DNA of 64,000 bases, from contig BCKQ01000001.1 of NCBI GenBank assembly GCA_001600695.1, positions 643,520 to 707,519 on the forward strand, in the 5' to 3' direction. The stretch is from Ascoidea asiatica JCM 7603. Its lineage: Eukaryota; Fungi; Ascomycota. The position numbers were made by a program, and so were the translations under genes. Every line of letters begins with the position of its first letter. Positions within the stretch are counted from its first letter, which is position 1. The notes under the pieces are model-generated. The model did not search any database, had not been told where the DNA came from, and worked only from the letters and a program-made list of their open reading frames with translations. Shown here piece by piece: positions 22,156 to 31,967 of the stretch.

Positions 22156-22692
22156 ATATGAATGTATTATGAATTGATATATTGATGTTATTCCAATGAG
22201 TGAGTGACTGAATAATTGAGTGGTTATTTATTTATTTAATAATCTATCTAATAATATTGTTTATATTGTTTATATTGTTTATATTGTTTATATTGTTTAT
22301 TGTTAGATTTAAAGTGATTAATTGTTCGTTTGTTTGATTGTTTATTTATTTGTTGGTAGAGATCCACTCAATTTCGCGACAGGGAAGGAAATTGAGAAAT
22401 TGAGAAATTGAGAAATGGTCACGTGGCCAGTCAAAGTTAGGGGAGATCTGAGACAAACGAGGATTATGTAAGCCGTGAAACTATCCGTTGCGCGGAATAC
22501 CGGATCCGTAGTGTTATATTGTTTTAAGAAATATCGTGAATTGTTGCATTAAGGAAAAAGATCATAAATAATCGAAAGAAGTAATAGAAAGAAGTAAAGA
22601 TGTATATAATGTATAAAGTGTATAATGAAAGAGGATTATTATAAATGAATTGAATAGAATTGAATAGAATTGAATAGAATAGAATAGAATAG
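22122..22692. repeat. Cluster of intergenic microsatellites: (TA)n, (TTGTTTATA)n, (GAAATTGA)n, (GAATAGAATT)n
   Basis: Directly visible at about 22124-22152, 22256-22300, 22388-22415 and 22647-22692. Confidence 0.8.
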
Positions 22693-23103
22693 TTAATAGG
22701 AAACTAAGAAACGATAACAAATTTCATTTTCAAGTTCTTTTAAATCAGTAATTACTTTTTTATTAGAATAATTTTCATTAATTTGAGCAGTAAATTTCTT
22801 ATAAATCTCAGTTTCTAATTTCTCAATATCATCACATTCATAATTTTCATAAGTTTGTTCATAAGTTCTTTTATTTTCAAATTTATTGTTTAATTTAGAT
22901 TTAGATTTAGATTCAGATTGTATATGTGAATTGAATGGATATTGATAAGGATAAGCATAATTATTTTTTATATTAAATATATTTGAATAATCATCTTTAT
23001 TATTATTATTATTTTCTTTATTAAAAGTTTGTAATAATTTATCTTTTGAATTTCTAAGAACTGAATTTTTAGATTTTAATGCTGTTAATATAATATTATT
23101 CAT
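22693..23103 (-). CDS. Hypothetical 136-aa protein with duplicated C-terminal motif
   Basis: ATG in AAAATCAATG context, TATATAAA about 100 nt upstream, genome-typical codon usage, and repeats IEKLETEIYKKF / LKELENEICYRF. Confidence 0.55.
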   Translation of the reverse strand: MNNIILTALKSKNSVLRNSKDKLLQTFNKENNNNNKDDYSNIFNIKNNYAYPYQYPFNSHIQSESKSKSKLNNKFENKRTYEQTYENYECDDIEKLETEIYKKFTAQINENYSNKKVITDLKELENEICYRFLVSY

Positions 23104-23613
23104 TGATTTTTATTTTAATTTAAATTGAGTAGATTATGTTGTGACTGTAATTGTGACTGTAATTGTGATTGTAACATGTTATCAATGGGAAATATCTAGA
23201 TATTTATATACTAATGGAATAACTCCCTTATGATTATATTTAATTCACATTCATTACACTGCTATATCTCAAGTTGCAAGTCTGTTTTATGTCTTGAATG
23301 TCATATTTTTATTAATATCAATTGTAATCAGATGGCTTTAAAATAGTGTGATTTTAAAATTATTCCTTATCTCCAGAGTTAAAACTGCCTACAGAATATT
23401 CTCACACTCAATCTAATACTGTATTTGTATTGTAGATTCTATCAATTCCGGGTCTATTACTCACTACTCACTACTCACTACTCACTGCTTTTACTAATGC
23501 TATGCTAACAGTTTATTTATTAATCGAAATATAAATATATAAATATAAATATTAATAATACTAAAATATTAAAATATGATTTTAAATAAAAAAAATAAAC
23601 AAATTTTCATAAT

Positions 23614-23895
23614 CTATTTCAATGTTTCTTTCAATTTCATTAATTTCTCCTTTTCATGTTTTTGAAAATAATAATCTTCACCACCTTGTTCAATATCTTT
23701 ATCTCTTTTATTAATTTCATTAATTGATTTATTCAATTTATCATTTATTTCTTCTTTATCATTACCATTATTTTTACTAAATTTATCAAAAATTGAATTA
23801 AATGAAAATGATAAATTTCTTTTTGTTGTTATTTTATTTAATACATTTCTTGAATTAATTAATTTTGATCCTTTAATTAAAATTCTTGAATTCAT
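23614..23895 (-). CDS. Mitochondrial ATPase inhibitor (IF1/Inh1/Stf1)-like protein, divergent
   Basis: Basic presequence-like N-terminus without acidic residues. EDYYFQKHEKEKLMKLKETL aligns with the IATP motif EDFFVRQREKEQLRHLKEQL. Confidence 0.65.
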   Translation of the reverse strand: MNSRILIKGSKLINSRNVLNKITTKRNLSFSFNSIFDKFSKNNGNDKEEINDKLNKSINEINKRDKDIEQGGEDYYFQKHEKEKLMKLKETLK

Positions 23896-24703
23896 TTATC
23901 TCTCTAACTACTTCTACTTGTTTAATATAGTATTATTTTACATACAGTAAATACCTAATAACTTACTGTATATTAAAAAATAATAAATGGAATTCGATGA
24001 TAATTACCCATTTTTATATAATTTAATTGTTATTAGTTTATCCAGTTGATATCATATTCATTAATAAATTACATATTACATATTACATATTAAATAAACC
24101 ATGATCCTATTCTTTTAAATTGTATTATATTCTTTCTTGTAAAATTCCAGCATTAGGTAATTATACTCTTTAAAAGAATATTCCTCATTATCACCACTTC
24201 AAAATCGGATTCAATTCAAGATCTAGAACTGTCTGTCCTACAGCCACTGTCCCACAGCCACTGTCCTAGATCCCGAATTTAGCCCGGAATATCCGGATAA
24301 TCTCCCCCGGCGGTGGCGCTCGTTTCCGGAATATCACAAATAGCCCTTGAAGTAGGGCTCTTTACTACCTTTATATCTTTACTACCACAGAATGTGACCC
24401 TATCATAAAGATAACTTGCCTGCCTGCACTGCTAAAGTTACCATTACCATTCCAACTGTCACTGCTTCTTCTCATAAAATAAATTAACGCTACAAATAAA
24501 TAAATAAATACTCTATTTGCAAATTAAATTATCATATTCCATATTCTATCAATCTATCAATCTATCAATCTATCAATCTATTACTTTTTTTATTTTCTTT
24601 TTCTTTTTCTTTTTCTATCAATTTTAATTAATATTGCAATCTCAATAATTGTCAATGAATATATAAACTTTATTCAATTGCTTTCAATCTATTAAATTAA
24701 AAG

Positions 24704-25569
24704 ATGAATAATGAAAGAAATAAAACTATTGAAAAAAACAATAAATCTAAATCTAATTCTAATTCTAATTCTAATTTTAATTCTAATTCTAATTCTAAAT
24801 CTAATTTTCATTCATCTACCCCTATAACTTTATCCGGTGTCAATTATAATTCAAATGCTCCTGATTTAATAGATTTAAATGATGATGATGATGATGATGA
24901 CGACAATTATTCAGATTCAGATTCAAATTCTTATTCAAATTCAGAATCTGAATCTGAATCTGAATCTAATTTTGAATCCGCTTCAAATCATACAAAAACT
25001 TCAACTGATATAAATGATATAAATAATAAAATTGATAAAAATAAATTACCTAATAATTCAAATCAGTTAAATAATCATCATTCTTCAATAAATTTAAATC
25101 CAAATATATATATAAGATCTCATGAAAATGAAAATGAAAATGAAAATGAAAATATTATTTCTGATAATTCAAATTCAAATTCTAATATAAATTCACCTTC
25201 TTCAAATAAAAAATTTATATTAAACGCTGATAATAAAAAATTCATAAATAATAAAATTAAAATTCAAAAAGAATCTGATTCTGAAAAAGAAATTAATCAA
25301 ATTTTAGATTCAAATGATGATAATTTTAATAAAATTAATAATATTCAAGTTTCTTCTTCATCTCATATTCGACTGTTATCAACTGGAATTTCAACTTTAT
25401 CAATTAATCAAAATTCAAATTCAATTCTAGATCCAAATACTACTTCAACTTCTACTTCTACTTCTACATCTACATCTACATCTACTTCTATTTCTACTTC
25501 TAATACTAATACTAATAATACTTCTACTATTTCTAATAATAACTCTAATAATAACTCTAATAATAACTC

Positions 25570-25612
<43 letters not shown>

Positions 25613-27094
25613 TCTTTTCTTAATCCAAATTCAATTCCAATAAAACATTCAAAATCAACTTCTGATATAACTTCAACAATAAGTAAATCAAAAGAATCTG
25701 AAGAAATTAAAAAATTTGAAAATAAATCTATAAAAAAAATTTCAAAAAAAACTTCTCCAAATGATTTACCTTTTGATTTTCAAAGATTTTTATCTTATTT
25801 AAAAAGTAAACAAGCTGACCCCATAGTTAGATATCTTAAATCTTTTTTATTTGCTTTTGGTAAAAGAAAATGGTCAATACAAGAACAAGTTAAATTAATT
25901 TCGGATTTTAAAAAATTCATTTTTCAAAAAATGTCAATATGTCAACCTTTTAATAAAATGAATGAAACTGAATATATAAATTGTCAAGAAGGTATGGAAA
26001 AATTAATTATGAATAGATTATATGATCAAGTTTTTTCTCCTGCAATTCAAGTTTCAAATCTTGATCAATCTCATTCTGAAGATATAATAAAAGATGTAAT
26101 TTTAAATAAACAAATTTTAAAATTTAATTGGATTTCTCCAAAACATTTAGATATAAATTTAAAATATATTAAAAAAGGTTCTGAATTTATAAAATTAGCT
26201 CAAAATCAATTAAGTAAAATTAATGCTTATCGTTCTCCAAGAGATAAAATAATTTGTGTTTTAAATTCATGTAAAGTTATTTTTGGTTTATTAAAACAAG
26301 TTAAACAAGAAACAAATGCTGATTCATTTATTCCATTATTAATTTATTCAATTTTAAATTTTTCTTCAACAAATAAAAATAAAGATTTAAAATTAATATC
26401 TAATATAACTTATATTGAACGTTTTAGAAATTCAGAATGGTTATCTGGTGAAGTAAGTTATTATTTATCTTCTTTTTGGGTGGTTATTGGTTTTATTCAA
26501 GAATTAAATAAAGATTCATTAACTATTGAACAAGAAGAATGGGATAATCAAATTAAAAAATATGAAATTGATTTAGCTAAAAAGAAAAAAGAAAAAGAAG
26601 AAGCTTCTAATGCTAAAAAAAATCTTGAAACTCCAAATATAATATCCCCAATACCATCACATTCTCAAAAAGATCCTGAAAAGGAAGCTTTTTCAATAAA
26701 TAGAGCACAAGATTTATCACCTTCAGAAGTACTTACAAATTCTGCTGGTTTTATTGCTAAATCTTTAACTTCTTTTTTTCAACAACCTTCAACCGGTGAA
26801 GAATACAATGAAAAACATATTACTACTCCAGAAAATAAAAGTCGAAATATTGGTAAAAGTAAAGAAGAAATAAATAAAAAAATTTCTGCTGAGGAAGAAG
26901 CTGCAAAAAGAAAATCGAAAGAAGAATATCTTGCAAATGAAATATATCTAAAAGAACAAGAAGAAAATATTGAATTACTTGTCACAATGTTCCCATCTTT
27001 AGATAAAGATGTGATAAGAGATGTTGCTATGATGAATAAAGGTAGAATGCCTATATGTGTCGATTTATGCTTGGAATTATGTGAAGGTAAATGA
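24704..27094 (+). CDS. VPS9: Rab5/Vps21 GEF with VPS9 and CUE domains
   Basis: FDFQRFL, EGMEKLIMNRLY, PRDKIICVLN, NADSFIPLLIY, GEVSYYLSS and C-terminal CUE (MFPSLDKDVI). Confidence 0.95.
25445..25612 (+). repeat. Coding microsatellites (TCTACW)n and (AAT)n in VPS9
   Basis: Encode the (ST)n and poly-Asn tracts. Confidence 0.85.
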
Positions 27095-27554
27095 AATTAT
27101 AGTTTACTTGAATTTTTTTTTTTTTTTTTTGAAATTAGTTTTTTGGGATTTATTCCCATTAATATAATGTATATTGATTAGTAATTGAGCTTTTTTATCA
27201 ATTTATTATAAACTTTCTGTAATGTGTCTGACTATTTTTTAAAGAAATTGCAATTTTATGGAACGCAACTCTTCTTTTGTATATTTTTTTGTTTCTTTTA
27301 TGGTTCACTAACTTTTAAAATATCCAACTTTTAACATATTCTTATTTGAATATTTTTTTTGAGAATTTCAGACTTGTTTTCCTATTTTATTACTTGTGGA
27401 AGAAAATTTTTCTAAATGTTGTTTATTATGCTACTCAGGTTAGCTAAAATACCAATAAGTGTATTATTATATAAGTTATCAAAAAAATAAAATCTATACT
27501 GGTTTAAAAAATTCCAAATAATATCATATGCAAAAATTCTTACAAAAACTGATA

Positions 27555-29129
27555 TCAGTTAGTTATACCTAAAGCTATTTCTGCCATTAAAGATAAATGA
27601 TCACTTGGATACTGACCAGCCCTTGGTTGACCACTTGGTTCTTCACCCATCTCTTTAGCCTCTGGTAATCGCAATAATTTCAAAAGTTTAACGTCATTAT
27701 CCTTTTCAAAATCCTCAATTCTGTCAACTTCTTTGCATTTAGTTTTTGGATCCCAATCTTTTATGTATAAGATATAATCAACTAAGCCTCTCCAGGCATG
27801 AGCCCAATTACTGAAAATTGGCTCATTTCTATCATTATCAAGTCCTGAATTTTCAGGATGAACAAATTTATAACCCACAGAATAAAGACTGATAGCCCTC
27901 ACAGGTAAGGAATTATGAAGATCACTCATTTGATCAATCATTTTATTTTGCTCCTCAGTACCTTCAAAAGAATCAGGTTCAGGATGTTCTGGTTGATTTT
28001 CACCAACAAGTTCAACATTTTCAGTTCTATCTTCTTTTTCAGTAGTACCTCTTTTTAAGGAATATTGAAAAGAAGAAGAGCATCCTATGACATTTCTCAT
28101 TCTTGAATTTTTAGGAAAATCTATAGGTTTTTTCACCATTGAAAGATAGGGCGTATCAAAGGGTTGAGAATTGAAATCGCCGGTTAAAAACTTGAACCAT
28201 TTAGATTCTTCATTTTTTGCTTCATCAGTTGTAACAATGGAATTATCTTTTTTGTTTTTTTTAACAGCCAAAACAGAAACCCTATGAGAAAATTCTTTCA
28301 ATTTCGATAAATAGATATAAGTCTGCCTTGTTCTATCAAATGTTCCAAATGGATGCCAAAACAAATGAGTAGTACCAATTAATATTCCATTTTTTTTAAT
28401 TTCTCCTTTAAATTTCTCTAGTATTTTATTAGAAAATTTCAAAGCAATAAATAAACCAACATTAGTAGTATTAGTTCTTTTTTTGACAGGTGAAGTTTCC
28501 ACATCATCATAATCCAAATAAGATAAATCAACTTTTTCGAATAATTCTGACTTATATATTATTACAACTCCATGATTTTTATCTCCATAACGATAAAATT
28601 CTGATAAATATCCCAAATCTTTGAAAGTTGATTTCCAATAACTCTCAAATTGTATAAAATCTACTTCCTGAAGACACGCTATATCTGGATCATAATATTT
28701 GAATTCCGAAAGTAAAACCACTGATCTTTTTGGCCATTTGAGTGCATTTCCACTTGTTGGAAATAATTTTCTTCTAATTAAACATTGAGCAAGCATATTG
28801 TAAGACATGATTTTTATTGGAAAAAAGTTTGATTCTAATGTTTTTGAAACCAACTTGTTTTCCTCTTGAGGATGAACAGGTAAAAATGGTCTTCTGATAA
28901 ATCTTAAATCAAAGGGAACATTTTCTTCTTTTTCCTTCAACTGCTCTTTCTTTTTCAATTCTCTCAATCTTCTTTTTTCTAATATCTCTTCCTGAGTTAA
29001 AAGCTTCTTCTTTTGCTTCACTTTTTTCTTTTTTTGGTTTTTTTCAACAGGCTTGAGCACCTTTGCCTTTTCAGTAATATTTATATTACTGAGCTTCTCG
29101 GTCAATTCATTGATGCTTGCCTTTTCCAT
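27555..29129 (-). CDS. NGL2: EEP-family RNA exonuclease Ngl2/Ngl3 (CCR4-like)
   Basis: MSYNMLAQCLIRRKLFP, CLQEVD, TTHLFWHP, GDFNSQP, DYI and YPSDHL. The track start is TTG; the first ATG is at 29129 (MEKASIN...). Confidence 0.9.
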   Translation of the reverse strand: MEKASINELTEKLSNINITEKAKVLKPVEKNQKKKKVKQKKKLLTQEEILEKRRLRELKKKEQLKEKEENVPFDLRFIRRPFLPVHPQEENKLVSKTLESNFFPIKIMSYNMLAQCLIRRKLFPTSGNALKWPKRSVVLLSEFKYYDPDIACLQEVDFIQFESYWKSTFKDLGYLSEFYRYGDKNHGVVIIYKSELFEKVDLSYLDYDDVETSPVKKRTNTTNVGLFIALKFSNKILEKFKGEIKKNGILIGTTHLFWHPFGTFDRTRQTYIYLSKLKEFSHRVSVLAVKKNKKDNSIVTTDEAKNEESKWFKFLTGDFNSQPFDTPYLSMVKKPIDFPKNSRMRNVIGCSSSFQYSLKRGTTEKEDRTENVELVGENQPEHPEPDSFEGTEEQNKMIDQMSDLHNSLPVRAISLYSVGYKFVHPENSGLDNDRNEPIFSNWAHAWRGLVDYILYIKDWDPKTKCKEVDRIEDFEKDNDVKLLKLLRLPEAKEMGEEPSGQPRAGQYPSDHLSLMAEIALGITN

Positions 29130-29498
29130 TTTAAGAATTAGAAGTTTACTATTCAACTGAATTTTTTGTTCTTTACAATTTCCAGAAATAAGATTGACAG
29201 ATTATTAAAATGCAAGACAATTCTCTTCTTTGTAGGTATGCAACGGCTCTTTTATAGCCTTTACTGAAGTTAAAAAAAAGCCCTGGACTATTTAGGATTT
29301 TCATGCTGAAAGTTTTCCACTTTTGATAATAACGCCAATTTAATTTTCTATGGTCACATTTGTAACCTCATAAACAAAATATTTTTTATTAATGATATGC
29401 TTCGCATAGATTTCAAATCAATTTTTTCAGAAATTTGAAACTACAAAAGGTCAACAAGTTAAACACTAAAAAAAAAGGAAGAACATAACAATTAAGAA

Positions 29499-31967
29499 AT
29501 GTGTGGAATTTTATTTGGATGGAGTCAAGAGAAAGAATATCAAGAAGATCAAGATCAATTAAATGAGACTGTAGATTTTGTGGAACTAAAAGAAGAAAAT
29601 GCAATCGCAGAATTAATAAATCAAGATTTAAAACAAGATTTGAAACAAGATGCACTAAAACCTGTAAAATGCGATGAATGCGATTTAATCTTAAATAAAT
29701 TTGACCTGGTCAATGATAATAAAGGCAAATTAACCACTTATGATCATATATTCAATTCCCTAATTCCCAGGATTCTCTCTAGAGGGCCTAATTATGCCTC
29801 TTTACTATCAATATCAAATGAATCATCGAACATGAACTTCTTTTCCTCTGTTTTGTCTTTAAGGACCCCATTTACCAAGCAGGCATTGCATAATGACTAT
29901 TTCATTCTTCAGTTTAATGGGGAGTTATATAATCAAGAATTGCTTTCGGATATTTCAAACAGAAATGATACAAATTATTTTATGTCAGAACTATCAAAAA
30001 TTCCAAAAATGTTTTTTGTTGAAAACAATATAGACAATGGAGATAATCTTAAAAATTCGAACTTTATAATATCATATGAAAAAAAAATATTGAAAGTTAT
30101 TTCAAGCATGAATGGAGAATTTGCCTATAATATTTATGATAAAGTTAATAACAAGCTATATTTCGGGAAGGACTCAATAGGTAAAAGGTCGTTGATGTTT
30201 TCAAGAAATGTTGAAAAAAAGAAAATTTATCTATCATCATTACCACCTATTTGTAAATGTCGAGTTGATACTAGTTTTAATTGGGAAGATTGTAAAAATA
30301 ATATAATATACTCAATTAATTTATCTAATTTAAAAATCTCGGAATTTCCTTTAAATGAATCCATTAGTAAATCGGATTTCATAAACACCATATTGGAAAA
30401 AAACTATAATAATGAACAACATTTAGTCCCCTTAATAGAAAAGTTCAAAAATTTGTTAAAAAAGTCTACGATTGAAAGAATCACTACAATAAAACCTTTT
30501 GATCGAATAACTAAAAGCTCTTCCTCATACTCCCCTCCTTTAAGTTTATTACTGAATGAATTGTATCAAAATTCAAATACAATTTCAAATTTCAAAGAAG
30601 AAAGTGAAACAGAAAGTTCTTTATTTTCAATTTTATTTTCTGGAGGAATTGATTGTACTTTATTAGCCGCAATATGTGCAGAAATATTAATATTGAGTAA
30701 TTCGCAAAAAAAAAAGAAACTTTCAATTGATCTATTGAATGTATCATTTGATAATCCTAGAACGGGAAAGTCAGCTAAGTCAGCTCCTGATAGATTATTG
30801 GCATTGAATTCATGGTTCAATTTAAATAAACGTTATTCAAACGTTGAAAGTCATTTTCAATTTAATTTAATAGAAATAGATATATCTTATGATGAGTATT
30901 TGCAAGGTAAGAAAAGAGTTTTGAAATTAATTTGGCCAGAGCAAACTGAAATGGATTTAAGTATTAGTATTGCTTTTTTTTTTGCTAGTCGAGGCTATGG
31001 AAACAAAGTTATCAGTAGTTCTAATAGTAATTATGATTATAATGAAGATGAAAATAAAAAACCTGATTTTTCAGCTTTTGAAAGAGAATACAATTATAGA
31101 TCAGATTGCAAAGTCCTTTTAAGTGGTTTGGGTGCTGATGAGCTATTTGGTGGATATTCACGGCACGAAGGTATGTTCAATGAATATTTTAAAGCATTCA
31201 GAAATTTAAACTCCATGAATATAAACTGTAGTAATCTTCAATATAAACCTACTAATATCAAAGATTCTAATTTTAAGAATAATGAAACGAATACAACTAC
31301 TATTACTGATTTTGATAAATTAATTCCTGAATCGATTTTTGAAATTAGTTCCTTAGATGAAACAAGAAATAGTAAAGTCTCTAAGAACAAGCTTGTGCGC
31401 AATGGTATTCCTAATGGTAATAAACAAATTCTAAATGAGATATTGCACAAAAATTATCAAGATCTTTCCGGTGAATTGTTGATGGATATTTCTAGAATTT
31501 GGAAGAGAAATTTGTGCCGAGATGATAAGGTTATCTGTTCTTGGGGGAAAGAATTACGATATCCATATTTGAGTGACGAAATAATTGAATTTGTTGTTCA
31601 AGAGATTCCATTGAATTTTAAGGTGTGGATAGATTGGGACTTTGAAAATTATAATGAAAATATGAATGAAACTTGTAATGATTATGAAAAAAAGGCAAAG
31701 AATTTGGAAATTGATATGAAAAACAAACCTTCTACAAACTACCAAAAACAAAAAAAAAATGATAAAAAGATGGATAAAAAAAGAAAGAAGCAAAAAATAG
31801 CAACTCCAAAATTAATAAGAAAGTTTTTACTAAGAAAATTAGCTGTATATATGGGACTTGAATTTGTCAGTGAAGAGCCAAAGAGAGCCATTCAATTTGG
31901 AGCAAAAAGCGCTAAAATGGAGGTCGGTGCTGGAAAGATTAAGGGAACCGATATTTTATCAAGTTAA
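29499..31967 (+). CDS. Asparagine synthetase domain-containing protein (ASNSD1/YML096W)
   Basis: Ntn start MCGI, RGP, FNGELY, LFSGGIDC, GLGADELFGGY, RNLCRDD and KRAIQFG. Confidence 0.92.
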   Translation: MCGILFGWSQEKEYQEDQDQLNETVDFVELKEENAIAELINQDLKQDLKQDALKPVKCDECDLILNKFDLVNDNKGKLTTYDHIFNSLIPRILSRGPNYASLLSISNESSNMNFFSSVLSLRTPFTKQALHNDYFILQFNGELYNQELLSDISNRNDTNYFMSELSKIPKMFFVENNIDNGDNLKNSNFIISYEKKILKVISSMNGEFAYNIYDKVNNKLYFGKDSIGKRSLMFSRNVEKKKIYLSSLPPICKCRVDTSFNWEDCKNNIIYSINLSNLKISEFPLNESISKSDFINTILEKNYNNEQHLVPLIEKFKNLLKKSTIERITTIKPFDRITKSSSSYSPPLSLLLNELYQNSNTISNFKEESETESSLFSILFSGGIDCTLLAAICAEILILSNSQKKKKLSIDLLNVSFDNPRTGKSAKSAPDRLLALNSWFNLNKRYSNVESHFQFNLIEIDISYDEYLQGKKRVLKLIWPEQTEMDLSISIAFFFASRGYGNKVISSSNSNYDYNEDENKKPDFSAFEREYNYRSDCKVLLSGLGADELFGGYSRHEGMFNEYFKAFRNLNSMNINCSNLQYKPTNIKDSNFKNNETNTTTITDFDKLIPESIFEISSLDETRNSKVSKNKLVRNGIPNGNKQILNEILHKNYQDLSGELLMDISRIWKRNLCRDDKVICSWGKELRYPYLSDEIIEFVVQEIPLNFKVWIDWDFENYNENMNETCNDYEKKAKNLEIDMKNKPSTNYQKQKKNDKKMDKKRKKQKIATPKLIRKFLLRKLAVYMGLEFVSEEPKRAIQFGAKSAKMEVGAGKIKGTDILSS

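Noticed and set aside
23896-23970. GTAAGT and GTATGT donor-like hexamers upstream of the IF1-like ORF (- strand)
   Set aside because: No convincing branch point or upstream coding exon, so an intron cannot be supported.
29160-29498. Possible ASDURF-like upstream ORF before ASNSD1, and a histone-stem-loop-like GGCTCTTTTATAGCC at about 29245
   Set aside because: Only very short uORFs (15 codons or fewer) are present. The hairpin is imperfect, lies in a promoter and has no histone gene nearby.
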